In this document: positions 57,020 through 64,000 of the stretch, one piece after another | Layout of the letters: every line of letters starts with the position of its first letter | How positions within the stretch are numbered: the stretch's first letter is position 1 | Assembly (NCBI GenBank): GCA_934130405.1 | Contig: CAKOXX010000005.1 | Location: 369 to 64,368, forward strand | Direction of reading: 5' to 3' | Length of the DNA: 64,000 bases | From: an uncultured Bacilli bacterium | Lineage (GTDB): Bacteria; Bacillota_I; Bacilli_A; RF39; UBA660 | Notes under the pieces: generated by a model | Told to the model about the DNA's origin: nothing | Database searches by the model: none | The model's input: only the letters and a program-made list of their open reading frames with translations | Translations under genes and position numbers: made by a program

Positions 57020-58473
57020 ATGAAATCTAAGATTAATAAACAAAGTATATTTTTAATTATATTACTTGTGATATTGATATTTATTATTTTAAGAATGTCG
57101 TATGCATTTTTACAAACAAGTTTCTTTGCAAGTAATGATAATGTTTTAAAAGTAGCTAGTTTAGCACTTGTATTAGATGAGTCAGAAGGTAATGCGATAA
57201 CAGTATCAGCAGATGGACCGTTATCAGATAGTGAAGGTGTTAATTTAAATAATTACTACTCATTTAAATTAACTAATAATGGAAAAGTAGCATCTTCGTA
57301 TACAATATATTTAGATAATCAACCACTTGATGATGGAGATGTAAGGATTGACCAGAAATATGTTCACTATAGTTTAGAAAAAGATGGTTCTAATAATGTT
57401 GCTAAGTCACTAACTGGAGAACAAAAACTAGAAAGTGGAATAATAAATAGTAAACAAACTATCAACTATAAATTAAGATTATGGTTTTCAAGTGATATGA
57501 CAGCTGAAGAAGAAAATAAAGTCTTTAAAGCAAAACTTAGAATAGAAGCTAGTCAAAATATTAATGCTATGGCATCATCTCTTAAACTTACCGATGAAGA
57601 AAAACAAACAATTACTAAGATAGTATTTCAGGATAAAATAAATGATATAGAAAACACTACTAAGAGTTATGATTTATCAGCAAATGATAATAATAGTGTT
57701 ATTGGCAAAATAGTATCTAATGGCGATAGTACAAATACTTTATATATCCAAAGTAATGGGGAAATATTTGCTAATAGTAATTCTAGTTACCTATTTAACT
57801 ATTTTACCGAACTAAAAACAATAGAAAATTTAACTTTGTTAAATACCTCACAGGTTATAAATATGTCACACATGTTTAGCAATTGTAAAAGTTTATTAAA
57901 TATTGATTTAAGTAACTTTGATACATCTAAAGTTGCTAATATGAATGGTATTTTTAGTATGTGGAATAAAACGGATGATGCTGCTAGTACTGGTAGTTTG
58001 ACTTCATTAAATTTAAGAAGTTTTGATACAAGTAAAGTTACTAATATGTATGATATGTTTGCATATAATAAAAATTTGGAAGAATTAAATATAAGTAGTT
58101 TTAATACTGAAATGTAATAAATATGGCTTTTATGTTTACAAATTGTATTAAGTTAAGTAGTATTGATGTTAGTAATTTTAATACTAGTAGTGTAGTTTAT
58201 ATGCAAAATATGTTTGGCAGCTGTAAAAGTTTAACTTCTTTGAATCTAAGTAGTTTTGATACTTCGAATGTAAATTATATTAAAGAAATTTTTTATAATT
58301 GTGAAAAATTACAGAGTATAGACTTAAGAAAGGCAATTTTTACAAAAATTTCAAATTATGATAGTATGTTTTATGGTGTACCGTCTGATATAAACATTAT
58401 TACTAAAGATGTAATAAATAAATCTTGGTTAGAGGATAGATTAAATGGAAAAGGAACAGTTACTATTGGTTAG
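57020..58473 (+). pseudogene. Secreted BspA-type leucine-rich-repeat protein split by a 1-nt frameshift in an A-run
   Basis: It appears as two ORFs, 57020-58117 and 58123-58473. Reading gaaAatgtaataaatatggct with one extra A gives ...FNTENVINMAFMFTNC, which exactly continues the LRR periodicity (F.TS.V.NM..MF..C..L). Confidence 0.7.
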
Positions 58474-58490
58474 ATATTTTGATAAATATA

Positions 58491-58708
58491 TTGAGATACA
58501 AAAATAGTTGTGATAAACTTAAATTATCAAAAGTAAAGAAAGTAGGTGAGTAATTATGAATATGTGTTTTAGGAATGATTACTCACTTTTTAAGTCTAGA
58601 AAAGTTAACTCAAAATTAACTTGGGGGGGGGTACTTATTAAGTAATAAACCTACTTTCTTTAATAGTGTAAAAATAATAGAATAGGAAAAAACTTATTCT
58701 GTTTTTTT
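58491..58708 (+). promoter_or_regulatory. Leader copy 2: promoter, perfect 14-bp inverted repeat covering the SD, mini-ORF with G9 tract, intrinsic terminator
   Basis: The promoter is TTGAGA (58491-58496), 17 nt, then TGaTAAACT (-10 at 58514-58519). The inverted repeat is TAAAGAAAGTAGGT (58534-58547) paired with ACCTACTTTCTTTA (58649-58662). An inner hairpin pairs 58546-58554 with 58578-58586. G9 lies at 58623-58631. The terminator spans 58679-58708. Confidence 0.55.
58556..58645 (+). CDS. Candidate leader peptide, copy 2 (29 aa as sequenced: MNMCFRNDYSLFKSRKVNSKLTWGGVLIK)
   Basis: The SD AGGTGA lies 6 nt upstream of the ATG. With G9 the frame exits as GGVLIK*. With G10 it would end KVNSKLTWGGGTY*, matching copy 1. 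Confidence 0.35.
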   Translation: MNMCFRNDYSLFKSRKVNSKLTWGGVLIK

Positions 58709-58740
58709 GTGCTGTTTAAAAAAATGAAAAGAGGTAAAAA

Positions 58741-59949
58741 ATGAAAAAGGGACAAAATATATTTTTAGTTATATTATTAGTAATATTGATATTTATTATT
58801 CTGGGAATATCATATGCGTTTTTACAAACAAGTTTCTTTGCAAGTAATGATAATGTCTTAAAAGTAGGAGACTTATCGCTTGTATTAGATGAATCGGAAG
58901 GTAATGCGATAACTGTATCAGCTGATGGGCCATTATCAGATAGTGAAGGTGTTAATTTAGATAATTACTACTCATTTAAATTAACTAATAATGGAAAAGT
59001 AGCATCATCATATACAATCTATTTAGATGATCAACCACTAGATGAAGGTGATGTTAGAATTGACCAGAAATATGTTCACTATAGTTTGGAAAGAGATGAT
59101 TCTAATAATGTTGCTAAGTCTTTGATTGAAAGTCAAAAACTAGAAAGTGGAATAATTAATAGTGGACAAACTATTAACTATAAATTAAGATTATGGTTTT
59201 CAAGCGATATGACAGCTGAAGAAGAAAATAAAGTCTTTAAAGCAAAACTTAGAATTGAAGGAGCATCAACTAGTGAAGAAGGGTTAAATAAAAAGTGTCA
59301 TAGTGTTGGAGGAGATTATTACGTAGATGGAGAATGTAGAAAATATTATGTAATGAAAAATAATATAGTGGATATGGAAAATGTTTCATTTGGAAACGAA
59401 ACTGATGGTAATAAAATAAATCATAGCTATGATGCAATATCTAAAACTTGGACAGTTAGTTATACAGGAAGTAATAAATGGTTTGGAACTTATATAACTC
59501 CAACTCTTGAGTATGTTAAACATCTTTATTATGGATATTATGAGTCGAGTTGTCATTCAATAGATGGAAGAGTGGAATTCTATACTTATAATAGTAATCC
59601 TATATATCCTGCCATTAATGTTTCAAAGTTAAATGATAATGCTTATTCCTACTATTATAGTTTAATAGACGATATAGATATAAATAATATTACAAGTTAT
59701 GGTCCTTATCTTCAATATAATGGCTTTCCAATTACTACAGAGTTATCACCAACGTATACTTTAAATAATTATATGATAATTGACTTAACTTTGATGTTTG
59801 GTGAAGAAAATGAACCAAGTAAAGAATGGTGTGATAAGAATTTAACTAGTTATATAGAATATAATGAAAGTGGAGTAAAGGCTCCTATTAGTGATATAAA
59901 CTATACTGGTAAGACTAGTTATTATGATGTAATATCAATGTATAAATAG
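58741..59949 (+). CDS. Secreted 402-aa protein sharing the ~175-aa N-terminal module of the 57020 gene, with an unrelated C-terminal domain
   Basis: The N-terminal part, roughly nt 58741-59262, looks about 90% identical by eye to 57020-57553. It contains ISYAFLQTSFFASNDNVLKV and YKLRLWFSSDMTAEEENKVFKAKLRIE. Similarity ends abruptly after RIE. Confidence 0.7.
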   Translation: MKKGQNIFLVILLVILIFIILGISYAFLQTSFFASNDNVLKVGDLSLVLDESEGNAITVSADGPLSDSEGVNLDNYYSFKLTNNGKVASSYTIYLDDQPLDEGDVRIDQKYVHYSLERDDSNNVAKSLIESQKLESGIINSGQTINYKLRLWFSSDMTAEEENKVFKAKLRIEGASTSEEGLNKKCHSVGGDYYVDGECRKYYVMKNNIVDMENVSFGNETDGNKINHSYDAISKTWTVSYTGSNKWFGTYITPTLEYVKHLYYGYYESSCHSIDGRVEFYTYNSNPIYPAINVSKLNDNAYSYYYSLIDDIDINNITSYGPYLQYNGFPITTELSPTYTLNNYMIIDLTLMFGEENEPSKEWCDKNLTSYIEYNESGVKAPISDINYTGKTSYYDVISMYK

Positions 59950-60019
59950 TAGTAAAAACCTCTTGACAAAATCTTGGTATTTTCATTATTCTAGTAAATA
60001 GAATGAGGAGGAATAAAAG

Positions 60020-60547
60020 ATGGAAATAGTTAGAGTGGTAACTGGGACATTAGATGAAAATTGTTATGTATTAAAAATTGATGATAAATGTTTATTAATA
60101 GACCCAGGAGCAGATGCTGATAAGATAAAAGAAGCGATGGGGGAAGCTAAATTGCTAGGAATATTAGTAACACATTCACATTTTGACCATGTTGGAGCTT
60201 TAAGAGAATTTCTTAAAAATAATAGAAAACTTATGGTTTATAAGAAAAGTAATTTACAAGACTTAGTAGAAAAAGAGATAGGTCCTTTCAAATTTAAATG
60301 TTATTATACACCAGGACATAGTAGTGACTCAGTAAGTTTTTACTTTAAGGAAGAAAATGTCTTATTTGCAGGAGATTTTATCTTTAAAGGAACGATAGGC
60401 AGAACAGACCTTCCAACCGGTAGTAGCGCTGATATGCAAAAATCTTTAGAAAAATTAGAAGAATTTGCTGATACTACTAAAATATACTCAGGACATGGTG
60501 AATTAACAACGCTAGAAGAAGAAAGAAAAAATAACCCATATCTATAA
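60020..60547 (+). CDS. MBL-fold metallo-hydrolase (glyoxalase II-like small form)
   Basis: 175 aa with THSHFDHVG, TPGHS and GHG motifs. Confidence 0.85.
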   Translation: MEIVRVVTGTLDENCYVLKIDDKCLLIDPGADADKIKEAMGEAKLLGILVTHSHFDHVGALREFLKNNRKLMVYKKSNLQDLVEKEIGPFKFKCYYTPGHSSDSVSFYFKEENVLFAGDFIFKGTIGRTDLPTGSSADMQKSLEKLEEFADTTKIYSGHGELTTLEEERKNNPYL

Positions 60548-60580
60548 TATCTATGATATAATCAAAGAAAGAAGAGAAAG

Positions 60581-60904
60581 GTGGTTATTATGTATATTGA
60601 TTTAATTGTTCTAATAGTTTTAATTTTACTAGTTATTATGTTCTTTAGACAATTCTCTAGTTTTGTTTACTTTATAGCAATTACTGATATATTTCTTAGA
60701 ATATTGACATATATAGGACAAAATATTCCTTTGCAAGATGTCGCAGCAGTAATAGATAAATATATACCTAAAAGTATTTTAGGTATACTAGGAAGTTATA
60801 CAAGTGGACTTCTATATGAAATACTAGCATGGGCATTTATCATTATAATGATTATATTTGAAACGTATATCATTAAATTCTTTATCAAGAAAAAGAAGGT
60901 GTAA
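60581..60904 (+). CDS. Small integral membrane protein
   Basis: About 105 aa with three hydrophobic helices. The start may be ATG 60590. Confidence 0.5.
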   Translation: MVIMYIDLIVLIVLILLVIMFFRQFSSFVYFIAITDIFLRILTYIGQNIPLQDVAAVIDKYIPKSILGILGSYTSGLLYEILAWAFIIIMIIFETYIIKFFIKKKKV

Positions 60905-60906
60905 AA

Positions 60907-61542
60907 GTGGGTAAAGGAACTTTGAAAAAATTTGTTATAACAGTAATAATACTAGAAATATTGATAGGTGCTATTTACTATGGTTATAAAAAACTAGGGA
61001 CTAGTTCTGATGGGACTAGCAATTTATCATTAAAAGATAAGACGGTAACAACACTTTATAAAAAAATAGCTCATGAAGATTTAGAAATACTTGATGTAAT
61101 GGAAAATAGAGCAATGTTATACTATGCTTATTGGAATATAGATGATAAAGAAACAATTAACTGTGAAGTAGTAGATGTCAAAGAAGATGGTTATACTTGT
61201 GATGGTTTAGTAACTTTTGTTAAGAAAAATGATTTAGAAAAAGCTGTTAAAAATCTATATGGAAAAGATATTACTGTTCAAGTAGAAAGCTTTGAAGTAG
61301 ATAAGAAGCATTATGCTGTTTATAATGAAACTCATAAAGGAGTAGTAGTGTTTTCTAAGGAAGATAATTCTTCACCTATCAATATAAAACTAAAAAGTGC
61401 AGTGAAAGATGAAGATAAAATCTTATTAACAACCCAGATATTAGATGGTATCTATGGAACAGTTAAAGAAACTTATCAGTATACATTTGTAAAAAATGGT
61501 AAAGACTATTATTTAACAAAGAAAGAGAAAGTAAAGGCGTGA
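60907..61542 (+). CDS. Membrane-anchored hypothetical protein
   Basis: 211 aa with a GTG start right after the previous stop and one N-terminal TM helix. Confidence 0.5.
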   Translation: MGKGTLKKFVITVIILEILIGAIYYGYKKLGTSSDGTSNLSLKDKTVTTLYKKIAHEDLEILDVMENRAMLYYAYWNIDDKETINCEVVDVKEDGYTCDGLVTFVKKNDLEKAVKNLYGKDITVQVESFEVDKKHYAVYNETHKGVVVFSKEDNSSPINIKLKSAVKDEDKILLTTQILDGIYGTVKETYQYTFVKNGKDYYLTKKEKVKA

Positions 61543-61548
61543 TTAAAT

Positions 61549-61986
61549 ATGTATGACAAGATTAAAAGTGGAATAGTAGCAGCTATGAAAGCTCATGATA
61601 AGGAAAGATTAGCAGTGTTAAGAATGGTTAAAGCTGCTGTTGATTTAGACCATATCGATAATAAAGTAGAAATTAATGATGACTTAGTTTTAAGTGTAAT
61701 CTTAAAGCAAGTAAAAATGCGAGAAGACTCTATTGAACAATATTCTAAGAGTGCTAGAAGTGACCTTGTTGAAAAAGAAACAATAGAATTAAATATTTTA
61801 AAAGAGTTTTTACCAGCTCCTTTAACCGAAGAAGAGCTAGATGAATTAATTACAGAAGCTATTGAAGAAGTTAAACCAACTGGTATGAAAGATATGGGTA
61901 AAGTAATGGGTTATTTATCACCTAAAGTAAAGGGAAGAACAGACCAAAAAGCTTTATCAGCAAAAATTAAAGAAAGATTACAATAA
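61549..61986 (+). CDS. yqeY: GatB/YqeY-domain protein
   Basis: 145 aa. The N-terminus ...AMKAHDKERLAVLRMVKAAV and the C-terminus MGKVMGYLSPKVKGRTD are typical of YqeY. Confidence 0.85.
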   Translation: MYDKIKSGIVAAMKAHDKERLAVLRMVKAAVDLDHIDNKVEINDDLVLSVILKQVKMREDSIEQYSKSARSDLVEKETIELNILKEFLPAPLTEEELDELITEAIEEVKPTGMKDMGKVMGYLSPKVKGRTDQKALSAKIKERLQ

Positions 61987-62031
61987 AACTTTTCCTATTA
62001 GGAGGGAAAGTTTTTCACTTGGAGGACTTAT

Positions 62032-62646
62032 ATGGAAATAGATAATTATAAATATGAAAGAGAATTAAGAGAAAAAGGAATTACTTTAATAGCAGGAGTA
62101 GATGAAGTAGGAAGAGGTCCTTTAGTAGGACCAGTTGTAACTGCTTGTGTAATATTACCAGAAAAGTTTGATTTACCACATTTAACTGATAGTAAGAAAC
62201 TAACTGAAAAAAGAAGAGAGATTCTTTATAAAGAGATACAAGAACAAGCCTTAGGAATTGGTATTGGAATAGTAGATAATGAAGAAATAGATAGAATTAA
62301 TATCTTAAATGCTACTAAGAAAGCGATGAAGATGGCGATTAATAATTGTAAAGTAAAACCAGAACATGTCTTAATAGATGCTGTTAAACTAGATATTGAT
62401 ATACCAACTACTTCTATCATTAAAGGTGACTTGAAAAGTATTACTATTTCTGCTGCTAGTGTTATTGCCAAAGTGACTAGAGACCATATGCTATATGAAT
62501 TAGATGAAAAATATCCAATGTATGACTTTAAACATAATAAAGGTTATCCAACTAAGAAACATATCGAAGCAATTAAGGAATATGGTATTATTAAAGAACA
62601 TCGTAGAAGTTACTCTCCTGTTAAAGAATATGTAAATAATAAGTAA
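62032..62646 (+). CDS. rnhB: Ribonuclease HII
   Basis: 204 aa with [21 protein letters not shown] and [12 protein letters not shown] motifs. Confidence 0.9.
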   Translation: MEIDNYKYERELREKGITLIAGVDEVGRGPLVGPVVTACVILPEKFDLPHLTDSKKLTEKRREILYKEIQEQALGIGIGIVDNEEIDRINILNATKKAMKMAINNCKVKPEHVLIDAVKLDIDIPTTSIIKGDLKSITISAASVIAKVTRDHMLYELDEKYPMYDFKHNKGYPTKKHIEAIKEYGIIKEHRRSYSPVKEYVNNK

Positions 62647-62660
62647 ATTTTTAAAAATGC

Positions 62661-62689
62661 TTGACAATGATAGTAATTATCAGATATAA
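62661..62689 (+). promoter_or_regulatory. Putative topA promoter with a Fur-type box in the spacer
   Basis: TTGACA (62661-62666), 17 nt, then ATATAA (62684-62689). The spacer contains TGATAGTAATTATCA (62668-62682), one mismatch from the box at 24687-24701. Confidence 0.45.
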
Positions 62690-62712
62690 GAATATGGAAA
62701 AGGAGGAGCTTT

Positions 62713-64000
62713 ATGACGAAGAACTTAGTAATAGTAGAAAGTCCTAGTAAGAGTAAAACTATTGAAAAATATCTTGGTAAAGATTATAAAGTAGTATCTA
62801 GTAAAGGACATATTAGAGATTTAGCAACTAGTGGTAAGTTAGGACTAGGTGTTGATATAGAAAATGGTTTTAAACCTAATTATATTCCTTTAAAAGGAAA
62901 AAGTAAATTAATAACAGAATTAAAGAAAGATGTTAAAAATAGCGACCATGTTATTCTAGCAACCGACCCTGATCGTGAGGGGGAAGCAATATCTTGGCAT
63001 TTAAAAGAAGCTTTAAATATTAAAGATGATGATTATTCTCGTGTTTTATTTCATGAGATAACAAAAGATAGTGTTTTAGAAGCCATTAAACATGAAGGTA
63101 AGATTGACCAGAATTTAGTTAAGAGTCAAGAAACTAGAAGAATATTAGATAGAATTATTGGTTTTAGATTATCAAAGTTATTGCAATCTAAGATTAAAGC
63201 AAAGAGTGCAGGTCGTGTTCAAAGTGTTGCTTTAAAGTTAATTGTTGATAGAGAAAGAGAAATTGAAGCTTTTAAACAAGAAGAATATTATACTATTACG
63301 GCTTATTTTGATTTTGTTGCTGCTAATCTTTTTGAATATAAAGATAAGGAAATTAAATTAAGCTCTAAGGAAGAAGCTGATCAAGTTCTTGCTGCTTTGA
63401 CTGATGATTATAAAGTGTATTCTGTAGAGGAAAAACTTAAGAATAAGAAAAGTAAAGCTCCTTTTACGACTTCAACATTGCAACAAGAAGCGGCTAATAA
63501 ACTAGGTTTTCCTACTAAAAAAACTATGATGATAGCGCAAAAACTTTATGAAGGAATTGATCTTGGTAGCGAAACAACTGGTTTAATTACTTATATGAGA
63601 ACAGATTCTATTCGCTTATCTGATGAGTTTATTCACAATACTTTTAATTTTATTGAGAAAAACTATGGTAAAGAGTATGTTGGTTATGCAAAACAAGCAA
63701 AGAAAAAAGAAAATGTCCAAGATGCTCATGAAGGTATTAGACCAACTAGTATTTTAAGACGTCCAGAAGATGTTAAGAGTCATTTGTCAAATGATGAGTT
63801 TAAACTATATCGTTTGATATATTATCGTGCTTTAGCTAGTTTGATGGCTGATGCGAAAGTTAATCAGACAACAGTATTGTTTGCTAATAATGATTATCAC
63901 TTTAAAGCGACTGGTAGTGTTATTATCTTTAAAGGTTACTTAGAAGCTTATGCTACTTATGAAGCTAATGAAGAAAATTATTTATCTGCTTTTGTCAAGG
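62713..64000 (+). CDS. topA: DNA topoisomerase I; 3' end cut by the window edge
   Basis: The N-terminus MTKNLVIVESPSKSKTIEKYLGKDYKVVSSKGHIRDL is the TOPRIM domain, followed by ATDPDREGEAISWH. The frame stays open to the end of the window. AGGAGG RBS. Confidence 0.93.
   Translation, partial: MTKNLVIVESPSKSKTIEKYLGKDYKVVSSKGHIRDLATSGKLGLGVDIENGFKPNYIPLKGKSKLITELKKDVKNSDHVILATDPDREGEAISWHLKEALNIKDDDYSRVLFHEITKDSVLEAIKHEGKIDQNLVKSQETRRILDRIIGFRLSKLLQSKIKAKSAGRVQSVALKLIVDREREIEAFKQEEYYTITAYFDFVAANLFEYKDKEIKLSSKEEADQVLAALTDDYKVYSVEEKLKNKKSKAPFTTSTLQQEAANKLGFPTKKTMMIAQKLYEGIDLGSETTGLITYMRTDSIRLSDEFIHNTFNFIEKNYGKEYVGYAKQAKKKENVQDAHEGIRPTSILRRPEDVKSHLSNDEFKLYRLIYYRALASLMADAKVNQTTVLFANNDYHFKATGSVIIFKGYLEAYATYEANEENYLSAFVK

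Noticed and set aside
58534-58662. The 14-bp inverted repeats flanking the poly-G segment as an invertible promoter (inverton)
   Set aside because: The enclosed segment is short (~100 bp). It contains an SD and a conserved ORF in a fixed orientation in both copies. A promoter lies outside (upstream of) the repeat, and no invertase or recombinase gene is nearby. An RNA stem explanation fits better. Inversion is not formally excluded without read-orientation data.

Overview
This is an AT-rich chromosomal segment from an endospore-forming Bacillota (Firmicutes) organism, and coding is almost entirely on the + strand. The housekeeping and sporulation backbone is gpr-spoIIP-lepA, yqeG-yqeH, dnaG-sigA-trmK, a Fur-family gene with rubrerythrin, frr, T-box-pheS-pheT, and rnhB-topA. 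Several accessory blocks interrupt it. (1) Directly after dnaG-sigA-trmK lies an array of three ~680-aa primary-like sigma-70 paralogs. Each carries a large conserved N-terminal domain and a large C-terminal extension, and a DUF4116-repeat protein sits between the first and second paralog. I consider this the best candidate for an undescribed system. (2) A secreted-protein cluster (55.1-60 kb) has two transcription units. Each is preceded by a conserved leader holding a long inverted repeat that covers a Shine-Dalgarno sequence, a mini-ORF ending in KLTWGGGTY encoded across a G10 or G9 homopolymer, and an intrinsic terminator. This looks like a phase-variable attenuator. (3) There are orphan type IV pilin-like genes with no assembly machinery in the window. 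They include a tandem near-identical pair and a 481-aa pilin-head fusion whose C-terminal domain recurs in a non-pilin secreted protein. (4) Mobile or decaying DNA includes a TnpB-only IS200/IS605 element with an in-frame TGA at codon 3, an IS110 pseudogene, Rpn-family nuclease copies and fragments, a decayed carboxymuconolactone decarboxylase gene, and an ABC exporter tail. I saw no rRNA, tRNA or CRISPR array. All calls rest on reading the translations and nucleotide patterns by eye; no database search was run.
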